DNA of 64,000 nucleotides, taken from positions 1-64,000 of the forward strand of contig CAXBQP010000001.1 in assembly GCA_963978095.1 (NCBI GenBank). Direction: 5' to 3'. The notes under the pieces were generated by a model. It had not been told where the DNA came from and searched no databases. It saw nothing but the letters and a program-made list of their open reading frames with translations. The position numbers and the translations under genes are program-made. The DNA is from an uncultured bacterium. GTDB taxonomy: Bacteria; Gemmatimonadota; Gemmatimonadetes; Gemmatimonadales; Gemmatimonadaceae. Shown piece after piece: positions 17,899 to 26,564 of this stretch. Every line of letters begins with the position of its first letter. Positions within the stretch are counted from its first letter, which is position 1.

Positions 17899-19496
17899 AC
17901 GCGCTCCTCCTGCAGGCGGCGACAGTCCCCATCACGTCATCCGCCACCCCGACGGCACCAGCCACCGCGATCGGCCAGCCGAACACCGTCGCGATGGCCT
18001 TCTTCTTCCTGTTCATCGCGGTCACGCTCGGGATCACCTATTGGGCCGCGCGTCGCACGCAGACCACCGAACACTTCTACGCGGCCGGACGCTCCATCAG
18101 CGCCGCGCAGAACGGATTCGCGCTCGCGGGTGACTACATGAGTGCGGCGAGCTTCCTCGGCATCGCCGGCCTGGTCTCGACCACCGGCTTCGACGGGCTC
18201 ATCTACTCCACCGGTTGGTTGGTGGGGTGGCCGGTGGTCCTGTTCCTGGTCGCCGAACCGCTCCGCAACCTCGGCAAGTACACTTTCGCGGACGTGGTCG
18301 CCACGCGCCTCCGCTCGACGCCCGTGCGCATGGCCGCGGCCTACGGAACGCTCTCGACCGTGATCTTCTATTTGATCGCCCAAATGGTCGGCGCGGGCTC
18401 GCTCATCAAGCTCATGTTCGGGCTGAGCTACGAGAGCGCGGTGATGATCGTCGGCGCCGCCATGATCGCCTATGTGCTCTTCGGTGGGATGCTCGCCACC
18501 ACCTGGGTGCAGATCGTGAAAGCCGCTCTCCTGCTCGGCGGCGCCTTCGCGCTCGCGATGTTGGTGCTCGCCAAGTTCGGAATGAATCCGCTCGCCCTGT
18601 TCGCCGCGGCGAGCACGAAGTATGGCGACGCCGTGCTCGCGCCGGGAAAGCTCGTCTCGAACCCGTTCGATACGATCTCACTCGGCATGGCGCTGATGTT
18701 CGGCACCGCCGGACTGCCGCACATCCTGATGCGCTTCTATACCGTCCCCGACGCACGCGCCGCGCGCACGTCGGTGTTCTACGCCACTGGCCTGATCGGG
18801 TTCTTCTATCTGCTCACGTTCGTGCTTGGTTTCGGCGCGATGGTGCTCGTCGGTCCCGACGCGATCAAGGCGGTGGACAAGGGGGGCAACATGGCCGCAC
18901 CCTTGCTCGCCGAATACCTGGGCGGCACTCCGTTCCTCGGCTTCATCGCCGCCGTCGCCTTTGCGACGATCCTGGCGGTGGTCGCCGGACTGACGCTCTC
19001 CGGCGCAGCAGCGCTCAGCCACGACCTGTGGACGAGCGTGGTCCGGAACGGACAGGCGCGCCCCGGCGAAGAACTCAAAGTGGCGCGTGGCGCGACCCTC
19101 GCCCTCGGCGTGATCGCCGTGATTCTGGGCATCGTCTTCAAAGGCCAGAATGTGGCCTTCATGGTCAGCCTCGCCTTCGCGATCGCGGCGAGCGCCAACT
19201 TTCCCGCGCTCGTGCTCTCGATCTTCTGGCGGCGGTGCACCACCCAGGGCGCCGTCGCCAGCATGGTGATCGGCACCACCGCGACGCTCGTCTTGATCTG
19301 GCTGTCGCCCGTCGTGCAGGTCGACATCCTCAAGCATTCCGACGCGTGGTTCTCGCTCAAGAACCCGGCGATTCTCACGATTCCGGGATCGTTCGTCGTC
19401 GGAATCGTGGTGTCACTGGTCACCAAGGACGAAGTGGCGGCACAGGGGTATGATGCCAGTGTCCGCGACATGATCGACGGGGCGAACGCGCACTGA
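17895..19496 (+). CDS. actP: cation/acetate symporter ActP (sodium:solute symporter family)
   Basis: QNGFALAGDYMSAASFLG, GTAGLPHILMRFYTVPDA, AFATILAVVAGL, ASANFP. Confidence 0.93.
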   Translation: MNALLLQAATVPITSSATPTAPATAIGQPNTVAMAFFFLFIAVTLGITYWAARRTQTTEHFYAAGRSISAAQNGFALAGDYMSAASFLGIAGLVSTTGFDGLIYSTGWLVGWPVVLFLVAEPLRNLGKYTFADVVATRLRSTPVRMAAAYGTLSTVIFYLIAQMVGAGSLIKLMFGLSYESAVMIVGAAMIAYVLFGGMLATTWVQIVKAALLLGGAFALAMLVLAKFGMNPLALFAAASTKYGDAVLAPGKLVSNPFDTISLGMALMFGTAGLPHILMRFYTVPDARAARTSVFYATGLIGFFYLLTFVLGFGAMVLVGPDAIKAVDKGGNMAAPLLAEYLGGTPFLGFIAAVAFATILAVVAGLTLSGAAALSHDLWTSVVRNGQARPGEELKVARGATLALGVIAVILGIVFKGQNVAFMVSLAFAIAASANFPALVLSIFWRRCTTQGAVASMVIGTTATLVLIWLSPVVQVDILKHSDAWFSLKNPAILTIPGSFVVGIVVSLVTKDEVAAQGYDASVRDMIDGANAH

Positions 19497-19520
19497 CCGC
19501 GCGGGTGGGACCTTCGGCGA

Positions 19521-19559
19521 CGCGGCGGGGGCCTTCGGGCACCCGCCGCGAGGCTTTTC
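19521..19559. terminator. hairpin / probable intrinsic terminator between convergent genes
   Basis: CGCGGCGGG-G-GCC-TTCG-GGC-A-CCCGCCGCG stem with a cUUCGg tetraloop, followed by a short T run. Confidence 0.65.
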
Positions 19560-20697
19560 AGGGGCTGACCACCGGATGCGCCCGCCCCCGCGCATCCACT
19601 CTCCAACTCGTCTCCACCCGATCGCCACGCATCCCGTAGATCAGATCGTTGAGATGCACCACGATGCACACGTGGTTCGGCACCACACGCACCACATCGC
19701 CGACCGCCGGTCGCCACTCGGTGCGGGACAGGTCAAGAATCCCGTGCTCCTCGCTCATCCGGCTCACGACCACATCGGGGCGATCGAGCAGCGCGCCGAA
19801 TCCCTCCCCCGCCGCGCCGCGCATGGGCTCGCGGCCGAGCGCCTTTGCACCAGCATCGATGACGGCTTGACCGGGGACCGCCGTGCTCACCACCGTTGCC
19901 AGCACCGACAACGCACAGTCGTCCCACGCGCAGGCGCCGATCTCGGCCGTCGTACGGTCGTTGTACACGTAGGTACCCGGGCGCATCTCGGTCACGCCCG
20001 TGATCTCGTGGGTACGCCACATCGTCGGCGTGGACCCGCCACTGACGACCGTCGGCGCCAGCCCCGCCGCATCGAACGCCGCACGCATCCGGGCGATACC
20101 GCTCGTGAGCGTCGCCAACTCGGCGTCCTGGGCGTCCACGGCGGACCTGATGTGCCCGGGATAGAACGCCACGCCGGCAAAATGAAGGGGCGCACTCTCG
20201 GTGACCGTCCGCGCGAGCCCGATCGCTTCCTCGACGGTCGGCACGCCGACACGGTGCATTCCGACATCCACCTCGACGTACACCCCGATCGACCGCTCTG
20301 AGCGCCGCGCCACCCGCGCGAGATCCTCGATCGCCCGCGCGGAGTCGAGCGACACCGTGAGCCGCACCGCCTCCGGAACGGAAAGCAAGCGTTCCGCCTT
20401 GGCCCCGACGGGAGGATACGCGAGCAGGATGTCCCGGCACGCATCGGCCATCACCACCGCCTCCGCCGGCGTCGCACAGGTCAGCCCCACCGCTCCCGCC
20501 GCGACCTGCTGTGCCGCGACACCCGTGGCCTTGTGCGTCTTGATGTGCGGTCGCAGCGCAATTCCGTGCGATTCGGCATACGCCGCCATCCGCGCGATGT
20601 TGCGCTCCAGGCGGTCGAGATCGACGATCGGTGCTGGCGTCTCCAGCGTGCCGATCGCCGCGCCGGACGATAGCATCGGCAACGGCGGCATGTTCAC
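19558..20697 (-). CDS. D-threonine aldolase / D-serine dehydratase (DSD1) family PLP enzyme
   Basis: ETPAPIVDL, LRPHIKTHK (PLP Lys), GGSTPT, EMRPGTYVYND, SEEHG, VPNHVC. Confidence 0.9.
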   Translation of the reverse strand: MNMPPLPMLSSGAAIGTLETPAPIVDLDRLERNIARMAAYAESHGIALRPHIKTHKATGVAAQQVAAGAVGLTCATPAEAVVMADACRDILLAYPPVGAKAERLLSVPEAVRLTVSLDSARAIEDLARVARRSERSIGVYVEVDVGMHRVGVPTVEEAIGLARTVTESAPLHFAGVAFYPGHIRSAVDAQDAELATLTSGIARMRAAFDAAGLAPTVVSGGSTPTMWRTHEITGVTEMRPGTYVYNDRTTAEIGACAWDDCALSVLATVVSTAVPGQAVIDAGAKALGREPMRGAAGEGFGALLDRPDVVVSRMSEEHGILDLSRTEWRPAVGDVVRVVPNHVCIVVHLNDLIYGMRGDRVETSWRVDARGRAHPVVSP

Positions 20698-23111
20698 ATC
20701 CGGAACAGGTAGGAGGCCTTGAGAAAGAAGTTGTCGTTCTGTCGCGTGACGTTGCGGAAGGAGAACGACTCGGGCTCCGACATCTGCGAGCCGTAACCTG
20801 CGTAGAAAACCGTGCCCGGAATTGGTTTATAGGCGAACAGGAACTCGCCGTGCACCCCATTGTTGGTGACGGGGCCCAGATGGCGCCAAGCGGTACCGAC
20901 CTGTTGGAGCAACGGCAGTCCGGTCCTTGAATCGTCAAAGAGTTCGCTGGTGTAATCCGCGAAGTATTCACCGATCACGCGGACGAACATCGCCGGACTC
21001 ACCTGATACTCGAGCTTCACCCGCGGATCCTGCTGGCGTCCCACGCGTGTCCCCGTGCTCTGCCGGCGGTAGTCATTCAGGGTGTAGGTCAGACCGATGC
21101 GCAGTTGTTCCGACGCGCGGATGTTGGCCGTGATGTTCCAATAGGTGATGGCCGCGCTCGACCACTCGTAGAAGTTCTCGTCCTGTCCGAAGATGTAGGT
21201 CGTGCTCAGCGACCAGAACTTGAACTGCGGCGTGCCCAGCGTGATCACGAAATCACGGTTCGGAAGTCGCGGCGTGCCCGTGAAGGCCAGCGTGTCGCTG
21301 GCGGCACCGGGATGAGGGCGTTCGATCCGGTACTTGGCGCTGTAGAATGCCGGATCGTAGCCGAAAGACTCGAGCAGGAGTGACGCGCCCAAGGTCCACC
21401 CACCGCGCCACTGGGTGTTGATGTCGAAATGGAGCTTCTTGTCGCGCGCGTCGCCGGAGTGGAAGAAGTTCCGGTAGGCCCAGATCCCGTCCAGCACCAC
21501 ATCCGGGGAGACCTGCTCGACCAGCGCGCCGCGCTCGCCGAACCAACTCCAGCGTGGCACGAAGGCCGCGTGGACCTGGCCGGCGCGCGAGATGAACCCC
21601 GACTCCGTGCGGAAATCGTCGGAGATTCCCGTGAACTGGGTTCGCCACGCGAACTCGCGTCCATTGCGATTGTAACGCGTGTCCCAAAGCGGCGCGTTGG
21701 TCTGCACGCCATTCCTGCTCGTCGCACTTCCTGCCACCTGCCATTGGAGCGAGTAGATCGTGTTCCACACTTGGCGCCCATCCACATCCAGCACGCGATT
21801 CCAGTCGTTGCCGTTCATGCGGTCCGTGTACATCACACCGACGCGCGACGATGGTCCGATGTCGCGCTGCAGACGCAGGATGTTGAAGAGCGGATTGTCG
21901 CGTCCGGTCGTCGACGCGGTGGTCGCGTCGAGCGCGGAAAGCACCGCGATGTCGGTGGTTCCCACCTTGCCGGCGATCTTCGCCGCAGCCACGGGCTGCA
22001 CGATACGGCGCGTGTAGATCAGGGTGTTGGGCACCGCGAACTGTTCGATGCCATCCAGGAAGAAGGGTCGCTTCTCGGGATACGACAGCGCGGCGCGCGG
22101 ATCGAAGCTGATCTGCCCGGCATCCGCCTCCACCTGGCTGAAGTCGGGGTTCACCGTCCCGTTCATCGTCAGGTTGTTGGTGATCCCCCACCGGATGTTG
22201 CCGCCGAGTTTCGGTGAGCCGGCGGCGTAGTGCCACGCGCCGCCGGACGTCGCCGGCGTGCCATCGGTCCGTTGCGTGATCTCCGGTGTGACGTCAACGA
22301 CCAGGCCGCGCCGCAAATCGCTGAGTTGGGCGAGCGTTCCACTCTGCCCAAGGAACGTGGCGGAGCCGCGTTTGGCAGGCACCCAGCTGTTCTCATGTCC
22401 GCGGTACTGCACCACCCGCACGACATTGATGCCCCAGGACTGCACGTCGAGTGACTGGTACTTGAGGCTCTTGAAGGGGATGCGCACTTCCACTTCGTAC
22501 CCCCATTCCGTGACATGTCCCTTCGATTCGTAGACGAAATCCGGCGTCAGGTCCGGCGCTTCACGCGCGGCGCCGATGCCGCCACTGAACCCGCCGCCGG
22601 TGATATTGCCGCGCTCGACCAGGATGCCGTCGGCCTGGATGCCCAGCGGATTCACCATGAAGACCGATGCCTGCCGGCCATCGTTGAACGTGCTGAGATA
22701 CAACTGCACGTTGTCATCCTGCGAGATGCGATCACGATCGGCGAGCGTGGCATGCACGCTCTCCTTCGGTTGGAAGGCACGAATCCCGAAGTAGATCGCC
22801 GTCGGTGAATACCACACGAGCACCTGCGTCGAATCGGCTGCCGGGAGCCCGTCGAGGGGCGCATACTGCGAGAATCCGGTGAGCACCGAGGCCTCGCCCC
22901 ACACGGGATCATCGAGCACGCCGTCCAGCTTCACCTCGCCGGCCACCCGAGGCAGATGCACCTCGAGCTTCTTCGCGACACCACTGTACACCTGTCCGAC
23001 GACGGGGGTGTCATGGCGTGGCGGCTGTGGGACCGAAGGACCGGGATGACCGACCGACACGGCGGGCGGCATCACGTGGAGTGCGGCGATCAGGAAAGGA
23101 ACAAATGGCAC
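20694..23111 (-). CDS. CBM9-like / DUF5916 outer-membrane beta-barrel protein
   Basis: LDGVLDDPVW, EVRIPFKSL, TVNPDFSQVEAD, PEKRPFFL, YTRRI, C-terminal FLKASYLF. Confidence 0.85.
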   Translation of the reverse strand: MPFVPFLIAALHVMPPAVSVGHPGPSVPQPPRHDTPVVGQVYSGVAKKLEVHLPRVAGEVKLDGVLDDPVWGEASVLTGFSQYAPLDGLPAADSTQVLVWYSPTAIYFGIRAFQPKESVHATLADRDRISQDDNVQLYLSTFNDGRQASVFMVNPLGIQADGILVERGNITGGGFSGGIGAAREAPDLTPDFVYESKGHVTEWGYEVEVRIPFKSLKYQSLDVQSWGINVVRVVQYRGHENSWVPAKRGSATFLGQSGTLAQLSDLRRGLVVDVTPEITQRTDGTPATSGGAWHYAAGSPKLGGNIRWGITNNLTMNGTVNPDFSQVEADAGQISFDPRAALSYPEKRPFFLDGIEQFAVPNTLIYTRRIVQPVAAAKIAGKVGTTDIAVLSALDATTASTTGRDNPLFNILRLQRDIGPSSRVGVMYTDRMNGNDWNRVLDVDGRQVWNTIYSLQWQVAGSATSRNGVQTNAPLWDTRYNRNGREFAWRTQFTGISDDFRTESGFISRAGQVHAAFVPRWSWFGERGALVEQVSPDVVLDGIWAYRNFFHSGDARDKKLHFDINTQWRGGWTLGASLLLESFGYDPAFYSAKYRIERPHPGAASDTLAFTGTPRLPNRDFVITLGTPQFKFWSLSTTYIFGQDENFYEWSSAAITYWNITANIRASEQLRIGLTYTLNDYRRQSTGTRVGRQQDPRVKLEYQVSPAMFVRVIGEYFADYTSELFDDSRTGLPLLQQVGTAWRHLGPVTNNGVHGEFLFAYKPIPGTVFYAGYGSQMSEPESFSFRNVTRQNDNFFLKASYLFRM

Positions 23112-23150
23112 GAAGTATCGTCCGGTTGAGGGGTCACGCGGCGCCGCGGA

Positions 23151-23738
23151 TCACGTCGTGGTAGGGGGCGTTGACCGGGTCTTGGTCTTGCGCGAGGTCT
23201 TTCGCGTGGTCTTTCGCGTGGACTTGCGCGTCGTCTTTCGCGTCGCGTGCGTCGTCTTCGCCGTCGTGCGCGGCGCCAGGATCGTCCCCCGACACTTCGC
23301 CGATCCACACTTGCAGCCGTAGAGACGGAACTCGTCATCCGCGGTCTCGGAACCGTCACGCTCGAAGGCGTAGTCGTAGCACAGTTCCTCCCCCGCGCGA
23401 ATGTCGCGCTTGGCATCGATGAACACCCGCGCCTGCTCGATCACCGCCTCACAGTTGGGATCGCACGCGTGATTGAGGAACCGTGAATCATTCCCCCGCA
23501 CCGCGCCGTCGATCACGACGCGACGGTTCACGGTGAACAGGAAGGTGTGATGCCGGCGCATCGACGCATCGTCATAGCGGCTGTCCGCCACCGCATGGGA
23601 AACGCGCTCCCCCACGTACTCGATCAGTCGCTCCCCTTTGACGATGTCACGTGCCGCGAATCCACCGCGGCCCGCGATCCTGGAGCGCTTGATGACCACC
23701 GCGCTCGTGCCTGCCGCCTTCACCGTGCTGCGCGCCAT
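23151..23738 (-). CDS. SET-domain protein-lysine methyltransferase with post-SET motif and basic repeat tail
   Basis: GRGGFA, RFLNHACDPNC, GEELCYDY, post-SET CKCGSAKCRG; start MARSTVK at 23738. Confidence 0.92.
   Translation of the reverse strand: MARSTVKAAGTSAVVIKRSRIAGRGGFAARDIVKGERLIEYVGERVSHAVADSRYDDASMRRHHTFLFTVNRRVVIDGAVRGNDSRFLNHACDPNCEAVIEQARVFIDAKRDIRAGEELCYDYAFERDGSETADDEFRLYGCKCGSAKCRGTILAPRTTAKTTHATRKTTRKSTRKTTRKTSRKTKTRSTPPTTT
23186..23270 (-). repeat. degenerate 12-bp tandem repeat encoding (T/S)RK(T/S) units
   Basis: + strand units such as GTCTTTCGCGTG and GACTTGCGCGTC; protein TAKT THAT RKTT RKST RKTT RKTS RKTK. Confidence 0.8.
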
Positions 23739-25864
23739 CCGAGTTCCACTCCCAAGTAGTAGTTCCGGAGCGGAGCGGGCTCCAAGACACGCCCCGCGGC
23801 TCCGTTGATCGTGACCGCGCCGACATACGCGCGATTCGTCGCATTGTTGACGCCGATGAAGGGCGACCAGCGCACCGCTCGCTCTCCCCCACTCCCGCTC
23901 ACCCGCACATTCAGGACACCGGTCCCGGTCCCATCCACGCGCTGCGTGTTCTTGTCGTCGGCGTACTGTGCATCGCTCCACGTGTTGTCGACAGACACCG
24001 TCGCGCCCGCCACACGCGCCTCAATCCCCACGCGGACAACGCGCGCCGGCACCCCGGCCTCGCGCTTCCCATCCAACGTATCAGCCGCGACGCCGCGCGG
24101 CACGATGTACCGCACGAACCGGTAGTCCGCCTCTGTCCACCCGCCGGACGCCAAGAGCCATGACGCGATCTGCCATTGCACCCCGACCTCGACACCGCGA
24201 TGCCGCGTCCGGCCGGCATTGCGGAAGAACGAACGTCCGTCGGTCGCAAGATACTGGATAATCGCGTCATCCGCGTACGATTCGAAGACGCTGAGCGTGT
24301 ACGAGGCGCGTCCCGCGCGTCCGCGCGCGCCAAGCTCCAGCGTGCGCACCCGCTGCGGTCCAAGCTCTGGATTGAAGCCGCCAAGACCGTCCGGACGTGC
24401 GTTCAGTTCGGTGGTCGTCGGCGTCTCGAAGGCACTCGACCAGTTCGCATACGGGGCGAACCACGCTCCGAGCGACCAACTGACGCCAAGATGCCCGGTC
24501 GCCGCGGTCATGGTGCGCGCACCGCTGTTGTCCACCTTGTCCGCCAGGAAATGATCCTGCACGGCGAATCGCAACTGATCCCAGCGCGCACCGGCGTCCA
24601 GATGCAGACGCCGCATCGGCGCCCACGTCAGCTGCGCAAACGGCCCAACGGCGGTCACGATCTCGTCCTGGAAGAGCAGCAAGGTGTCGGTCAGCACACT
24701 CGGATGTCCGCCGGTCGCACGCGAGTTGCGGCGGATGTCGGTGCTCTGTTGCGCGTCGAGACCGGCGGCGAGCTGCGGCGCCGCGCTCCCGGTGCCCAGC
24801 GGCCGCGAGGCGTCCAAACGCAGCCCGGTCACCGAGCGATTGATGGTCGAATAGGTCCCGACGTTCGCCACGCTCACACCCGCGGGCGTGGTCGCCAACG
24901 GGTTGTCGACGAATCGGCGCACCACATACGCGGTCGCTCCCCAGGACTGGCCGTCGGCGTCATGCGATGCCCGCACCGAGAACTGATTCTGCGAGATCGC
25001 CCGACTCGCCCCGCGCGCCACATTGACGGCGGCAGCGGAGTCCCGATTCTTCGCATACTCCGCCGCGGTCAACGCTCCGGGATTCAGCGCCTCGGGCGTC
25101 TCCGCGACCGCGGCCCGCAGCGCCAGCGTGACCCCGCTCGGCAGCGACCAGTCGGTGGCCGCCATCAACTGCCGAAGGTCCGCCGCGCTGTACTGCCGCG
25201 CCCCGTCCAGCACCGTCCGCGAGAACGACAGCGCGCCGACCATGTTCCCGACGCGCCCGGCGGTGCGCGATTGCCATTTCCGCAAGCCGAACGAACCGGT
25301 CGTCGTGCGCAGTGTCGTCGCGAACGGATCCGGCGCCGAGAGATCCGTCGTGAACGCGATCACCCCGCCGGATCCATTGCCGTAGAGGGACGATGCCGAC
25401 CCGCGCAGCACTTCGACCCGTGCGATGTCGCCCAAGTCGATGTTGGTCAGCTGGCTCTGGCCATCGGGCAGCGACTGGGGCACCCCGTCCAACAGCACCT
25501 TCACCCCACGCATCCCGAAGTTGGCCCGCGCGCCCGCGCCGCGAATCGACAGCCGCTGATCGACCGAATAGTTGTAGCGATTGGAGACGACGACACCTGG
25601 GATCCCTGCCAACGCTTCGTCCACGCCGAGCGTGGCGCGCCCCTCTCGGAGTTGCTCTTTCGTCACGACACCCACGGCCCACGGGGCGACGTCGGCCGGC
25701 GCGTTGCCACGAGTCACGGTCACACGGACGGCGGAGACCCGCCGCGCCGAGTCGGCGCGCACGACGCTGTCGGCGGCGCTGCCTTGCGCGGCTACCGGTG
25801 GTGGTGGTGCGGTGGCGGCGAGCAGCAGCGCTGCGGTCAAAGACGGAAGGAATCGTGGGCGCAT
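23720..25864 (-). CDS. TonB-dependent receptor, YncD/PqqU-like
   Basis: Signal peptide; plug motif SIRGAGARANFGMRGVKVLLDGVPQSLPDGQSQLTNID; EVLRGSASSLYGNGSGGVI; FETPTTTEL; C-terminal EPAPLRNYYLGVELGW. Confidence 0.9.
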   Translation of the reverse strand: MRPRFLPSLTAALLLAATAPPPPVAAQGSAADSVVRADSARRVSAVRVTVTRGNAPADVAPWAVGVVTKEQLREGRATLGVDEALAGIPGVVVSNRYNYSVDQRLSIRGAGARANFGMRGVKVLLDGVPQSLPDGQSQLTNIDLGDIARVEVLRGSASSLYGNGSGGVIAFTTDLSAPDPFATTLRTTTGSFGLRKWQSRTAGRVGNMVGALSFSRTVLDGARQYSAADLRQLMAATDWSLPSGVTLALRAAVAETPEALNPGALTAAEYAKNRDSAAAVNVARGASRAISQNQFSVRASHDADGQSWGATAYVVRRFVDNPLATTPAGVSVANVGTYSTINRSVTGLRLDASRPLGTGSAAPQLAAGLDAQQSTDIRRNSRATGGHPSVLTDTLLLFQDEIVTAVGPFAQLTWAPMRRLHLDAGARWDQLRFAVQDHFLADKVDNSGARTMTAATGHLGVSWSLGAWFAPYANWSSAFETPTTTELNARPDGLGGFNPELGPQRVRTLELGARGRAGRASYTLSVFESYADDAIIQYLATDGRSFFRNAGRTRHRGVEVGVQWQIASWLLASGGWTEADYRFVRYIVPRGVAADTLDGKREAGVPARVVRVGIEARVAGATVSVDNTWSDAQYADDKNTQRVDGTGTGVLNVRVSGSGGERAVRWSPFIGVNNATNRAYVGAVTINGAAGRVLEPAPLRNYYLGVELGWRAAR

Positions 25865-25932
25865 ATCCAGAAGAATAGCATCTGCGGAGCCAGGCCGTAG
25901 CTCGTGACGGGGCAAGGACTTGCGCGGCCCAT

Positions 25933-25971
25933 CCTGACTATTTATGCATTGAATGTGCATAATCTCGCATC
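25933..25971 (+). promoter_or_regulatory. tandem ARG boxes (putative ArgR operator)
   Basis: ccTGACTATTTATGCAtt-gaa-tgTGCATAATCTCGCAtc: two 18-bp imperfect palindromes 3 bp apart, immediately upstream of an ArgA-like gene. Confidence 0.7.
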
Positions 25972-25978
25972 TCCCACC

Positions 25979-26518
25979 ATGCCGCACCTCGGCGATCCGC
26001 ACGGGCCGGGGCTCGTCGACGAATCGTTCACCCCATACACCAGTGCCGCGCCCTCCGTCACGGTCCGGCGCGCTCAGTTGGTGGATGTGCTCCAGTTGTG
26101 CGCACTGGTGAATAGCTATGCCGCCGAGAAGCTGCTCCTCCCCCGCTCCACCGAGCAGATCGCGCTGGCACTCGATGACTACACCGTCATGGTCGACGCC
26201 GGTGGACGCGTGCTCGCGTGTGCGGCACTCACGGAATATTCCCCGTCCGTCGCCGAGATCTCGTCGGTCGCGGTGCTCCGCGAACTCCGCGGCCGCGGCT
26301 ACGGCGCGCAGGTGGTGCTCGCCGTCGAGCAGGTCGCCCGCCAGCGCGGATTCGCGCACGTCTTCGCGATGAGTCTCGCCGAACCGTTCTTCCGGTCCCT
26401 CGGCTATGCACTCACGCCGCTCGATGAGTATCCCGAGAAGGTGGCGCGGTACAGCGATCTCGAGGCCTCGGGCGTCGAGATCGTCCCCAAACGCTGCTTC
26501 CGCAAGTCGCTCGACTGA
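25979..26518 (+). CDS. GNAT acetyltransferase, short ArgA-like (putative N-acetylglutamate synthase)
   Basis: LLLPRS, AEISSVAV, RGRGYG, VFAM, FFRSLGY, YPEKV; ARG boxes upstream. Confidence 0.8.
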   Translation: MPHLGDPHGPGLVDESFTPYTSAAPSVTVRRAQLVDVLQLCALVNSYAAEKLLLPRSTEQIALALDDYTVMVDAGGRVLACAALTEYSPSVAEISSVAVLRELRGRGYGAQVVLAVEQVARQRGFAHVFAMSLAEPFFRSLGYALTPLDEYPEKVARYSDLEASGVEIVPKRCFRKSLD

Positions 26519-26564
26519 TCGGCCGGGCTAGGCGTCACCCCGCCGCCCCATGCATCTTCCTCCC

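Noticed and set aside
23186..23270. Short tandem repeats as a possible CRISPR or regulatory array
   Set aside because: They are degenerate 12-bp in-frame coding repeats with no spacers and no cas genes nearby.
25865..26359. N-terminal extension of the TonB receptor ORF given by the ORF track (similar over-long starts at 5388, 12687, 17022, 17469, 23981)
   Set aside because: The extensions overlap other genes or promoters. Starts were moved to where the signal peptide or family homology begins.
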